Shown here piece by piece: positions 50,191 through 62,946 of a DNA stretch of 64,000 nt; position 1 is the first letter of the stretch, and every line of letters starts with the position of its first letter. The DNA comes from the human T2T-CHM13v2.0 reference genome, Homo sapiens. The position numbers and the translations under genes were made by a program. The DNA lies in the NCBI RefSeq assembly GCF_009914755.1, contig NC_060930.1; one strand, 5' to 3'. A model generated the notes under the pieces. The model was not told the origin of the DNA. It ran no database searches and saw only the letters and a list, made by a program, of their open reading frames with translations.

Positions 50191-52051
50191 AATTGAATTC
50201 TAGTACCATGCCACTGTAGAAGGGTTATTTTCTATCAACTTGGAAGCAGAAACCATGTCTAACTCTGCTGAGGATTCCTCTAGCACCTGATACAGAGGCC
50301 ATTTAAATCACGCCTGTTGATTACTGGCATGAATAAGTGAGTATGACGGAGGCAAAGCCGACGGAAAAACGTGGAGCATATAAACCGTGTCCTCTGAGAG
50401 GTCAGGAGACATTGCTTCTAGCTAGGAAGAACCAGGGAAGATGTTACAGAGGGGCTAACTCGGGAGGCCACCTTGAAGGATGGATGGGTGGAGAAGAACA
50501 CTTCTGGTGGGGGAAATGGCATGAACAAAGGCCCAGAGGCCGGCGAGCAGATGCGGGTAGGAAAGGGTCAGGAAATAAGTGGAGGAGAGGTGGAAGTCAT
50601 CTTGTCAGCCTCCAGGCTAGGAAAAGCCTTTCCTCTATGTGAAGTCTTTCCTGCTTTCTTCCTCCAGCCTTTCTTCTCCTTCTGTCCAGACCCATTTCTG
50701 TCCCACCTCCTCCTGGAGTTCTACACATCTATCTACCCTGCTCTGCATTCCTGCTGCTCCGGCTTCGCACCACAGAGCCTGTGAGCCACACCCAGGAGCC
50801 CTGCATAGGCTCCAGAAGCCTCTTCTCTCTTACCTCCCTCCTTTGGGGTCCTGGCTCGGAGCCTCTGGGGGCTGGAGCTGTGAGTTCAAGTTTGGGCAGG
50901 AGTCTGCTTACCCCCCAGGGACGTGTTGGGACCATCTGGACCTCAGGGAGCCAGACACGAAACCGCCAGTCAGTGGAGCCGGGTGGCTGGCCACAGTGTG
51001 CCAGCCTGGGTGTCCGCCCTGTCTCTCCCTCCCCTCCCCTCTCTGAGGGATGTCCCCAGTGGACTGGCTAGTGGCCCGGGGCTCCGAGGGGAACGTGCTT
51101 TCTGCAGGCTGTGGCTGAAGAAGGATAAACCAGCTGTCCTGCCAGCTCTGTGTGGGGAAGAGGGAGGTGACCCCAGCTAGCTAGGCCCCCACAGGATGCC
51201 AGCGGCAGGCAGAGTGATGAAGGCTCTGGCCTCTTCCCCCTACCCCACAGGTCATTTTCCCCTTGTGATCCTTGATGAGGAAGTCAGAGCTTCCAGTACT
51301 GGGCTGGTTGTGGGGGCAGATAAACCCCAGGAGAATGTTTCTGGACGTAAGCTCAGGGCCTAGGAGAAAAGCCCATGCTGACTGGGATCCGGGAAGCACT
51401 GACTTCTCAGGTACAGAGCAGCTGGCTCTGGGAAAAACTGGAAAACCAAGTTTGTGTTCCCCAGCCGGCTCCCTGTGGTGGGGTACAGGGAAGGAGCTCC
51501 TCCTGTGGTTACCGTGCTTGGGCCCTCTCAGGCCCCACTGGGGCTGAACACTGGGCTGAGCTCCTGCCATTCCTCAGCCATCTACCAAGCTCCTACTGTG
51601 TGCCTGGTGCCCACTGGCCCTCAGAAGATGTCTGAAGCCAGAAACGCTCCCACAGATTCTCTTGACCTCCTCTCCAGCCCCTCCCCCAGCCCTCCCAGGC
51701 CTGAAGGGCAAAGGCAGCCATGGAAGAGGGGGTGCTCAAGCCCTGCTCCAGTGATGCAGAGAGGCCTCCTCTGAGAGGGGCCAGGCATGGAGGAGTGGGC
51801 CCCAGGGGGTGAGGCTGAATTAGTGGGCGAGCAGCGTGAACAGGGCTTGCTCCCCAGTGGAGGAGGGCAAATAAAGCCCAGGGATCACTCTTACCCTACA
51901 CGAAGCCTCCCTGCAGGGTTGACTTCCCCAGCTGTTGGTTTCCTCTCAGAGTAATAAAAAGAATCAAGATGAGGTTCCCATTTCCTTCAGATTCACTTGT
52001 TGATTCAATCCTTCCATCCCTCCCTCCCTTGGTGCTCACCTGCTCATCTTG

Positions 52052-52314
52052 TCCCTTCCCTCCCTCCCTCCCTCCCTCTCTCCTTCCTTCCTTCCTTCCT
52101 TCCTTCCTTCTCCCCTCCCCTCCCCTTTCCTTCCCTTTCCTTCCTTTCCTTCCCTCCCTTCCCCTCCCCTCCCTTTCCCTTCCCTTCCCTTCCTTTCCCT
52201 TCCCCTCTCCTTCTCCTTCCTTTTCATCTTTCCCTCCTTTCTTTCCTTCCTTCCTTCCTTCCTTCCTTCCTTCCTTCCTTCCTTCCTTCCTTCCTTCCTT
52301 CCTTCTTTCCTTTC
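52052..52314 (+). repeat. Polypyrimidine (CCTT/CCCT)n microsatellite
   Basis: 263 nt with a single purine (A52226); perfect (TTCC)n at ~52242-52303. Confidence 0.95.
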
Positions 52315-52964
52315 ACTCATCTAAGTACCTGATAGATACTTGGCCTTCTGCTAAAACCTGGGAATCTAAAGAAGTGGGAGATGGGAGTTCTTAATCTTTT
52401 TGGAGCAAAAATCTTGATGAGTAATGAACAACATACACCCCCTCTCCCAGAAATCTGCCTGTTACTAACCCGGGTAAAAAATTCTGGGATGCTGTCAGCC
52501 TAGCGGGGGAGGCAAACATGAAACCAGGAACTAAACACGGGATGAGAAATGCTAAGTGGATTTAATTTCTGGCTTAGTCTCCTGCCAGACTTAGTCTCTT
52601 ACCAAGTCTCTTACTTCTCTGAACCCCAGTTTCTTTACCTTTAAAAGGGTGATAATTATATCACCTCCCAGTGTTATTGTGGAGAATGAATGAGATAAAC
52701 TCTAGAAAGTTTATCTAGCAGTGCCTGGTATATATTACGTGTTTATACATGTGAACTCACTTTTCCTTCTCTGCATTGCATACTTGAGGGATGCAAACTC
52801 CTATGAGAGCCCTAAAGAGAGAGAACAAACACTACCAGCAAGGAGAGGGTTATGTTTGAATGGGTTCTGAAGGATGAGTAGGAATTTGCAATCATTTCTC
52901 TCTTTTTTAAATTATAAAAGTTCTGTGTCCATATCACCAGGGTCCAGACATGGTGCTGGCAGTT

Positions 52965-53220
52965 CTACTTATCAATAATGTCAGTGCTTGTCTAGCACTC
53001 TGTCTCTGCCCTGTACTGTTCTAGACATCTTGCATATGTCAATTCACTCAAAGGTTATCTCATAATCCTAGGAGACTGGTGCTAGCATTACTCCAATTTA
53101 CAAAAGAGAAAACGGAGGCATAGAAAGCTAAAACTGTCACACAGCTGACAGGTAGGAGAGCTGGGATCTAAACTCATGTAGCCTGGCTCTGAGAGTCCTT
53201 GGTCTGAACCATTACCCTAC
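52965..53220 (-). mobile_element. MIR
   Basis: CCAATTTACAAAAGAGAAAACGGAGGCATAGAAAG...GTCACACAGCT...GCTGGGATCTAAACTC. Confidence 0.75.
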
Positions 53221-54729
53221 CATATTGCCTTTCCAGAGTGGCTCTGTTTTTCTCACTAAAGTCTGAACTTCTGACTCCTACTCATCTTCTTGTAGACGGC
53301 TTCTGTTGGAACAAAGGATCTAGAAGAAAAAAATGGGAGTCCTAGAGAAAATCTACAGCCTCTCCTGAAAATACGAGTCCAACTTTAAGCATGGAGGCAA
53401 GGCCGAAGGAAGTCTCCAGAGGACCAACTTTAAGGAGTGGTGGGAGAATCAGCCAGGAGCCAGGAGAGCTAGGTTTGGGTTTTGGTTCTGCCATTTGTAA
53501 ACCAGCCTCTCCAGGCTTCAGTTCTGTCCATTTGTAAATGAGCATGTCAGTTCCAGGGTCCTGGCATTGGAGTGAGGTCTATAAAAGCCCTTGAGCCAGC
53601 TTTCCTAAGTGCCTCTCGTGGCGTTACTAAGGGCCACTCCTGTACCAGGTTCTCATATCTGCCTCCAGGGCACAGACAGGTGACCTGTCTTACTTCAGGT
53701 TACTTCAATTTCTCATAAAGAACCTGCCAATGCTCTTCTATTAATACACCAGCCCTCTCCCCAGTTTCCCAGAGACTTGCCCAGGAGAGCAGGAGCGGTG
53801 CGGCAAATACCCAGATCTGGGAACCAGCTCTCTATCAGAAATTTATTTTGTAAATTGCATCCTATATTCTAAGTCATGAGGTCAAATTACTGGCTATTTA
53901 AAAAGATCTGTGATGAATCCCTTTGTAAAGTGGGGAGAGAGAGTTCCCTGAGGGCGTCTTTGTAGAAATCTGAGTTTGTTTAAAGGGAAGCAAGACTTAT
54001 CCTGGGCTCCCATTTTACAGATCAGGAAACCAAGGTTCAGAGGGTCCATGTGCTTCTCTCAGGACCCAGGCTGGGATAGAATCTGAGCAGAGAGCAGGCA
54101 GGCCCCACCCCCCAAGAGGAGCTGGGGAGGGGGCAGACTCAGCGTGCCATGGCAGGCCAGAGCAGAGAATGGAAGTAGAGGCTTGCGCTGCCATGTGGGA
54201 GAGCTGGCAGGGTGGGCTGCCTAGTGGAGGGCCAGCCAGGAGTCTAGGTATCCAACAGTCCATCTTGGGTCAGTGGACCTCATTCACTTGGATAAGGCAG
54301 CACAGTTTTGTCAAGCACCCATTTCATACCAGGGTCTGCCAGTGCCCAGTGCAGTGCCTGGCATAGAGATGAGGCTTACCCAGTCATCGCTGGATGATCA
54401 CCCAGCAGTTCTAGGATCAATTCCCCTCCTCAGTGGGTGGCAGACTCACAGAGGGGAAATAAGTCAGGAATGGAAAGCCTTATGCTTCCATAGACTTTTC
54501 TGGATCACCCTCTATGTGCTTAGGGCAATGCTTGGAGCTGCTAGGCAAAGGGATGCTGGGTGGGGACACGGTGGGTAGTGGAATAAACAGGAGCTAAAGT
54601 CAGCCCTCACCCTGAGGGGTCCCTAATCTGCAGAAGGAGGCAGACTTGTCTGCACCCACGAGGAAAATTTGGGGACAGAGAGCACAGAGGCTGGAAAGAG
54701 TAGAGTGCATAAGAGGGGCAGTTCTAGTG

Positions 54730-55410
54730 TCGTTCATTCTTTAATTCATGTGTTCGACAACTATTTACTGAGTACCTACCATGTACCAGGCACCACTTTA
54801 GGGTCTGTGGTTACAGCAATGAATAAAACAGGTGAAAAACCTTGCCTTCGTGGAGATTGCATTCTGGTAGATCAGGTAACATTCAAATACACTAGTCAGT
54901 GGCCATATTTGCTTCTGAAGAAATATAAAGCAGGGGAAGGGGATGGAGCGTAGACAGGAGATAGCAGGCTACTTTACCCAAGAAGGGCAGGGCAGGCCTT
55001 TCTGAAAAGGTGACATTTGAGCAGAGCCCTGATAGAGCCAACAGAGTGGATATATGGGGAAGAGTTTTCAGGCGGCAGGAGCAGTAAGCGCAAAGGCTCT
55101 GAGGCAGGTAAGTCGATGCTCGTGTTAAAGGAACAAGGAGCGAAGCCAGTATGTTTGGAGCAGAATGAAGGGGCGAGTGGAGGAGCTGAGGTCAGGGAGG
55201 TAACAGGGGAGCAGATCGTGTGGTCATAGTACATCCACAAATGAAGTGAGTGGAGGAAGGACCTGATCTGACTTACACTTTAACAGGCTCTCTCTGGTTG
55301 CTGTGTGAATTCACTGTAGGGAACGAGGTGAGGGTGAACACAGGAGGCCAGCAAGGATACCCTGCAGCAGCCCAGGTGAGAGATGGTGGGGGCTTGGATA
55401 GGGTTGTAGC
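54730..55410 (-). mobile_element. L2a 3' region
   Basis: TTCATTCTTTAATTCATG...TATTTACTGAGTACCTACCATGTACCAGGCAC...GGTGACATTTGAGCAGAG...CAGGTGAGAGATGGTGG. Confidence 0.85.
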
Positions 55411-55434
55411 AGGGGCCAGGAGAGAAGGACTAGA

Positions 55435-55630
55435 TGGAAAGTCTTCAGCTCCCACCCTGCCACTCTCTGGCTGTGTGCCTTGGGCAAGTTACTTAACCTC
55501 TCTGAGTCTCTGTTTTCTCATCTGGAAAACAAGGTTAGTAATAATCCTTACCTGGTGGTATTTTTACCATGCTTACATGAGACATAAGCACAGTCCCTGG
55601 CACTCTTGATGCTCACTCAATGACAGCTCT
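55435..55630 (+). mobile_element. MIR
   Basis: CTGTGTGCCTTGGGCAAGTTACTTAACCTCTCTGAGTCTCTGTTTTCTCATCTG. Confidence 0.85.
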
Positions 55631-58600
55631 CAGTAATTTCTGACCCATAGGAGCCTATTGCACTGGGACCACATATTCAAAGTGGAATAAACTGAACCCA
55701 CAAAGACTGAGGAGATCTAAGCTGGTTCAGGGGGACTAGAGGTTTAAAATGTGTTTAAGCCCCCTGATGTCTTGGGGCTCAGTTGGGCACTGTCCCCACT
55801 GCCCACATTCCATGCCCATGCCCCTGGGCAGAGGTGCCCTTTGGCCTCCTGTTTATCTGTTTGCCTTTTACCTGCATTGAAGTTTCATCTGAGAAACTGG
55901 CCCCACCAGTCCTGGGCCCAACATCAGCCCGCCCTCATCATGGGTTTCCAGCTGCTCCTGTAAAGTCAACAGTGCCCAGGAACAATGAAGAAGGAGGGGA
56001 CAGCAGGGAGGCCCATAGCCCACTGTGCTCCCTCGCAAGCATGTGACCCTCAGGAATGACTGGCAGAGGTAATGATGGGAAACAAGCCCCAGGGAGGGTG
56101 GAGGGCTGAGAAAGAAACCCTAGTCTCAGGCAGGTGCTGGTGGCTGCAGTGCCTGCAGGACTGGCCCTCCTGGCTGTGGACAGGCCATGGCTATTCTAGA
56201 GACAAGGGATGGCTCTGGGGCAACTGGGAACATGTGCCTTTCCTGGGGGACATCAGCCTAGAAGCTTTTAAGTGATAGGCCCAGAAGGGGCTTGGTCCAG
56301 CCCTGCTGCATCCCCGCATTGACTCACTCTTCCATCTATTTAGTTGAAATACTGAGGCCTGTTGTGAGCCAGGTCCTGGGGTTAAAAATGTTTCTCCCAC
56401 AAGGAGCATTTGCTAGGGAAAGTGAGAGCCAGAGAGAGAGAGAGAGAGAGGAAATGACTTTCCATAGGTCGCACAATGAGTTGCTGCAAAGCCTGCCTAG
56501 GAGTCTTGACTCCCTGTCCAGTGCTCTGACAAGCAAGTGCTCCAAATGCTCCAGACACCTCTTGGTGGCCTTGGGGAGCTCATTCCTTAGTGCATTTATG
56601 TCTGCTTGGTTGCCTAGGAGAGGCCTGAGGGCTGTGACCAGCTGAGGGCCACAGGAGTTAGAGAGGAGCTGGGCATGTCTCTAGGCTGGCTAGGCTGCAG
56701 GGAGCCCGTGGCCAGCCTGGGGGAGGTGCCTCTTGCATGCTGTGTGGCTTCCATCCCTGGATCAGTTTCACCATCTTTTACCTGGTAATGGGTTGCCCTA
56801 CCAACCTGTCAAGGTTGCTGTGGGGAATGAGAACATGCCTTTCTAAGTTCCCCACCGTGGAATCTGCCTTGAGCAGGATGAGGTCACGTGGTGGCACAAG
56901 CCAAGATGGGAGAGTGAGGTGAGTCCCAGATGTTCCCAGGGTGTCTGTGCTGGGCTTCCACTTCCAGACTGGCTGTACCTGTGGGTATGGGGAAGGGGAT
57001 GGCTGTGGGGAGACCCACCCTGCCCTTAGGGAGTCTGATGGGGAAAGCTCAATTTCTGCCCATAGGAAATCCCCAGACTCATGAGCCCAAGGGTTTAAGT
57101 TGTGAAAATTTCACGCAGTAGTCCTGTAGGCCCCGGCCAGACCTCACAGAGCTCCAGCAGAGGTTGGTGTGTGAGCTGGGTGCCGGCCTGATCTCTAGCT
57201 CAAAGGGAAGGAGGCCTGTGCCTTCTGGCCATGAAGGCTGCCCCGATTTTGGTCTCCCAGCCCCACTTCTGAGGGCCAGCCACCCCCTCTGTCCAGGCAC
57301 CTCTCCTGGTATGAGCAGCCCCTGCCTACGGCTCCCACCTCTGCCCCCCATGCTGCTATGTGTTCATTCAGTAGGTCCCCCTGCCCTAAGCAGTGATTCT
57401 GTCATGGATCGATGACAGGCATGGTGGGAACCAGCCATGAGTTGCCCAAGGCTGCTACCTTCAGGGGGTGCACTACTGGACAGGTGCGTGCACAGCCACC
57501 GCTCACCCACACAGCGAAGTGGGTCTCCTTCAAGGGCTGAGTGTGTGGCCTCCACACTCAGAGTTATGGTCCAGCTGCAGGAAACCATGTACTGGCTGAT
57601 GCCACCTGGATGGCCAGTTGTCTGGCTGGGGCAGCCGATCCCCCCCCATCTTTCCAGTGCCTGCCCCCCTGCATTCCTGGGGTCCCAGGTATCCCCCTGA
57701 AGATTCTTCTCCCTGTCTGTAGCATCTGGCGCTGCTAACCCAGCCCTGAAGTATGCCCAGTGCTTGCTTCCTATGAGGCCCAGCCTCCCATGGAGCCTTC
57801 GGGTAAGCAGGCGCTGGGGAGGGTGGTGGGAACAGCACTGAAGGTCGGGGCAGGGGCCAGCAGGGCCTGGGAAACCGGGAGATCCACGATGGGTCAGGAG
57901 AGACTGGCTCCTGTTTGTTGACCCTGAGCTGTGGACACAGGCGAAGGCATCACCTCCCTTTCCTGGTCTCCTCCCTTCCCTGGTCCTCTGTGGTCCCAGG
58001 CCTGCCCCCACCCAACTACCCAAGGCTTCCCCACTTCTTGGCCACCTCCCTGTTCCCCGGCCACCCCACTCCGGGCTCACTCCAAGTGGGGCTTACATGT
58101 AAAAATAGCCCAGGTTTTTTTTGAGCTTGTTATCTACTATTTTTATCAGATGGTTCAAGCAAAGCATGGCCGAAAAAAGGGAAAATCACACAGCTCTGTT
58201 TGCCAAGCTCAATAGAAATAGCACCAGGGTGGGTTATTTTTAACAAGATGAATACCCCTGTCCTCTGAGGTCTCCCCTGGCCCCATCCCAGCCTCCTTTG
58301 TCTCTCTGCCTGGACAGCAGATTTTAAAATACGCCCACAGTTGCCAAACCACTAAATGCACCCAAGACAGCGACTGAGGCCGTTGGAGCCAAGGAGGGCT
58401 GTGGGGGATACTTTTTTTTCCCTTTTTCCTCCCCTCCCTTGAAGGAAATCACACTCTTTTGTTTGAAAAACCTTCCAGGTTGGTTTTTGAGGCCTTTTCC
58501 TGGTTGTCCCACTCCCACGGGAACAGCAGAGGTTACTCTGAAACATGCGGTGGTTTGGGCAGATTGACCCCAGAGGCCTGGTGTGGCCCGTGGCAGTCTG

Positions 58601-59699
58601 TGGTGGCTCCTGTGCCCAGCTGTGGCAGAGCAGGAACACAGGAGGAGCCTGAGAAGCCACGTGGGGGGAGAGGGGTAGGGAGAGGCCTGCGGAGGAGGGC
58701 TGAGTGGTGGAGGCGCCGAGGGGGTCCTTGCTCAGCCACTGTCCATGCAGGTGGAATGGCTGGGAGCCAAGGCTTTACTGTGTTTTTCAGGCCAAGCTGT
58801 CCTAGCTTGGCCACGACAAAGCCTCAGTTGGCTGAGGGCTCAAGCGTCCTCCGCATTGAAGTTGACACCGGAAAAAGTCCCAGGGTATGGAATACCACCT
58901 ACCACTGTGCAGCACCTATCACTGTGAGTACCAGCCCAGGAGTCAGGAGACTTAGGGAACAAGTCGCCGCCCCTTTTCAGGCTTTGTGTTCCCCATGTAC
59001 CAGAAGAGGCCTGGACTAGCCTGGGCTCTCTGGGGTGTGCGGGGTGTGCCTGAGGGTACATAAACACTTCTGCAGCACTTTTCTCTGTGGTCAGGAAGGG
59101 AAAGAAAATAGAAACAAAAGGTAATGTTAATTGAGCACTTACTATTGGGAGGAGGTATTAAATGAAACACTTTACATCGCATGTGTCATATCTCACTTAT
59201 TTTCACTATAACCCTATTACTATCCTTTACTGATGTTCACAGAGCCACTTTCTTCCCTAGTGGTCATATAGAAAACCCAGAGAAGGACTGTGATCAGCAG
59301 GTCTGGGATCACGAGCCCATCCTGGGGCCATCTTTCTGACCAAGGGGACGGGAGGCTGTGACTGGCCATCTCTGATCCCAGGCCTACCCCCATGGCCAGG
59401 AGCTGGGACACAGCAGTTGACAGTCCTGCCAGAACCACAGACATAGGGGACTGGGCTGTTCCACCAGATGCTGCTGGGGAGGGGGAGATGCTGGGCAGAG
59501 GAACTTGCAGCACCCCCTGCAGGGGGTGGAGCCAGGCACCGACTCCAGCCACCCGATCGATCCCGTCTTCTCTTATCGTGCCTGACCAGTGGCTATTCTG
59601 CTGCAATTCAGGGCAAAGGGAGAGAAAAGTGGGTCATGGGTGCGGGGGGTGGGGGGGTGTGGAGGGTGAGTGGAGGTGAAAAGGACCCCAGTGTAACCC

Positions 59700-60078
59700 T
59701 ACTTCAGCTATACTGGACCCCAGGCTGGAGCCTCCCTCACCCCCACCCTGCCTTGTGTCCTGCTCTGACTTGTCTTGGGCCTTTGTACGTGCTGCTCCCT
59801 CTAGTGACAATGCCCCCCACACCCTCCCCTTCTCATTTGGTAACCCCCACACATTTTTCAAAACTCATCTCAACAGCCCCTCCTCCAGGAAGCCTTCTTC
59901 CCTCCCCAGGCAGGACGGGGACTCCGGACTCCCGGCACACACCTCCACTGGGACTATTCGGCCTGCGGTGACTGCATGCCACTCGCCTGCCTGGGGGCAG
60001 AGGCTGTGTCTTATTGCTTCTGTGCTCCCAGGACCCAGCACAGTGTACAGTACAGAAAATATGTGTTGACTGAATAGA
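59700..60078 (+). mobile_element. L2 3' region
   Basis: GGGCCTTTGTACGTGCTGCTCCCTCT; CCTCCTCCAGGAAGCCTTC; CCAGCACAGTG...AATATGTGTTGACTGAATAG. Confidence 0.75.
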
Positions 60079-61887
60079 AGGGAGAAGAGGCAAAAGAAAT
60101 AGGGAATAAGAGGGAGAAAAGAGTGAGGAGAAGGAGAAAGAGAGAGAAGTGCAGGCTGGGGCCAGTGGGGTGCAGGGGCTCAGTGAGGGCCATACTATGA
60201 GGCGTGCGAGGGGCTGCTTCAGGCTGGAACTGGGAGCACAGATTCCTCCAGTCCTGGAGGCCCTGGCCCCAGTTACTCTCCTTGGGGCCAGTGTCCTAAG
60301 TGGGGAGAGGCCATCTGGCCTGTTATTCAGTGGCATCTGTAGATGGTCTGTTTTGTGCCTGGCACTGTGCTGGGCACAGGGCTGCTGGTCTCCACCAGCT
60401 GCTCTGGCAGCCGGGATCAGAGTGATGGGGAGCAAGATCCTTCCAGGCATCTGCAGCTCTGAGGAAATGATCTGCCCATCTCTGAACAGCAGGCCTCACC
60501 CAGGATCTCTGCCCATGGCCTTGGCTGGCACACTTCCCAGGGGACGTTGCATGGCAGGAACACCACTGGAAGCTGCAAAGCCCCGTCAGTCCTGCCCTGC
60601 TTGCTTCTCATCCCTGTAGGAAGCTCTGAGAGGAGGTGTGGAGGCTTCTCTTGGCTCCTTTTGGGATGTAGCTCCTGGCTCCCACCCAGGCTGGCTCCTC
60701 ACTTGCCACCCCTACACACACCCCAGCCCCAGGGGAGGATGGGGCAAGGGAGGGGAGGGAGTCAGCCAGCCGGCTGCTGCCTGGCCTGGTAATGAATCGT
60801 CCCAAAGTTTGCTGCTCTGGCTGAATAGCTTCCCTTCTGAAAGGGGCTTGTGACAAAGGGGACATTGACATCCTCCACTAGACAAGGAGGGCCGCAGGCA
60901 TGCACAGGGGAAGGCCCTTTGGGAGACGGCGGGAGGCAGCTGCGGGGATCCTGACGTGCTGCCACTGACTCTGCCTGATGGGCTTGGCTGGGTCTGCCTC
61001 CTTCCTGATTCTGGCACTGAAAGGCCTCAGGACTAGGGTGTCTGAAGTGACAGAAGATCTCCTTGGGAGCCTCTGTGACCCACAGTGACCAGCTGAGTTG
61101 GGGCAGGGACCAGGGAGAGGTGGAAGGGGGTCGGGAGTGGAGCAGAGCTGGCTCACGCAGAGCACTGGGCTGTTCAGCTGAGAACTTAAAATGTAGCCTA
61201 CCTTCGCCGGACACTTCTTCTCCTGGGGTCCTGATGGCCAGGATGCTCCCCTGGCCTCCTCCAGACCCTGGCACAGGTAGACTACATTGCTAGAGGTCAG
61301 GGTTTCTATCCTGTATGTCTGGAGGTCCCTGTGGCATCTGGCAAAGTGAGTGGCCTGGGGTGGGAGCCCTAGCGCTCAATCACGGTTCTGGGTTTGATTA
61401 TGGTTTTGTTTGTTCAGAAGTTACTGGCAACAGTATTTTTTGTTGATTCAATGTGATGTGCATATGGATGTGCACATTTGGCTTTCTCCACCAAAAAATC
61501 TGGTTTGGTGGAGTCGGATTAGTTTGTAGCCCCACCTTTAGGCCTGAACTAATTCATGTATTTATTCAGCAGACTTTTTACGAGTGAGGAATGTGCCAAG
61601 TAATGGCTGAGGACCTGGAAACCCAAGGGCTGCCCTACTGGGCCACCCTGTGCCCAGTACCCTTGAATTTGAGAGAGTAAGACATTTGAGATTGGACAAG
61701 AAACATCCCTGAGATTGACCTTAACTTGATGAACTCATAAGGACAAACAAACCATGGGTTGGTGGGGTGGCCTGCCTTGAGTCTGCAGCCAGGCCATTTC
61801 ATGGGACACTCTTGAAATGCCTTCCTGATGCCAGGCACGGTGTCTGCTGTGGCTTAGCCCATGAACCCTGCGAACCACATCATCAAA

Positions 61888-62024
61888 ATATGTATGTGTA
61901 CACATGTGTGTATACACATATATGTATACATGTATGTGTGTGTGCACATGTGTGTATACATGTATGGGTGTATACACATGTATGTATACATGTATGGGTG
62001 TATACATGTGTGTGTGTGTGTGTG
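61888..62024. repeat. (TG/TA/CA) alternating purine-pyrimidine repeat
   Basis: Recurrent TGTATACATGTATG(G/T)GTG units ending in (TG)n. Confidence 0.9.
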
Positions 62025-62049
62025 TTACTCTTGCCTTTTCAGAGGGGAT

Positions 62050-62285
62050 ATCAAGTGAGAATCCTGACTCTGCCTCTTATCTGAGGATAACAATAGTATC
62101 TCTATGGCAACTGACTTATACTCCCTGTACCTCAGTTTCTTCATCCATGAAGTGGGGATAAAGGGAGTAACTACTTCATTGGGTTGTTGTGAGGATTAAG
62201 TAAGCTAATACCGTAAAACACTTGACATTATTTTGCACGTAGTAGGTACCCAATAAATACTCACTATTATTATTATTACTACTGC
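62050..62285 (+). mobile_element. MIR
   Basis: CCTCAGTTTCTTCATCCATGAAGTGGGGATA...GGGTTGTTGTGAGGATTAA...CAATAAATA. Confidence 0.8.
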
Positions 62286-62318
62286 TACCACTGCTTCTAG
62301 TACTATCACTTCAGAAGG

Positions 62319-62760
62319 TGCCTTAGGTTGAGTTCTCCAGAGGCAGACTGTCAGATGAGGACTCATAGCTAAGTGATTTGTGAGTTTCCCAGGGAAACTG
62401 GAGAGGGATTGGGGGAAGCAAGATGGGAAAGGAAAACAACAAAAAGGGTCTGATTTCAAGTGAAGTTGATAGCTCCAGCCTGGTTCTGGGGGAGGACTCC
62501 AGAGTATTAGTTATAATACCTCAGGGATGTCTCCATCCCAAGCAAGGGAGCTGAGACCTTACGCTCCTGCACTCCTGTCATTGGCTAAGGGTCACTTTGG
62601 AGGATATAACTTCCAAGTACTTCCAGATCTGCAGGCAAAGCAACTCCTATAGCCTGAGGGCAATTACCCAAGGAAGAATGAATAGAAGGGGAAGCCACAG
62701 AAGGTGAGAGAGTGTACCCAGGATGATAGAGAGATCTGGGGGCAATACCAATAGTATTCC
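62319..62760 (-). mobile_element. ERVL LTR (LTR16-like)
   Basis: TGCCTTAGGTTGAGTTCTCCAGAGGCAGACT...GCAAGGGAGCTG...GTCATTGGCTAAGG. Confidence 0.55.
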
Positions 62761-62946
62761 CCATAGAAAGCTACTGAGAGGAATGAATGAGCAAAGCCCC
62801 TGCCCCGTGCCTGGTACATGGCAGGTACTTGGTAGTCATAGGCTCTCCTCCTCTAGCCACAGGCGTCTCCCAGTCCACGGCCAGGATCACTGTGGGGTCT
62901 GGAAGGCCCAGCCAGGCCCAAAGCCTTGTATATTTGCATAGGACAG

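Noticed and set aside
51969-52394. PSFL/KEGR repeat ORFs
   Set aside because: These are artefacts of the (CCTT)n microsatellite.
58540-58990. Possible CpG island or promoter
   Set aside because: The region is GC-rich, but by eye the CpGs are too sparse for an island.
61422-61441. Rho-independent terminator-like hairpin plus T-run
   Set aside because: The context is eukaryotic, and there are no convincing Pol III A/B boxes upstream to make it a Pol III terminator.
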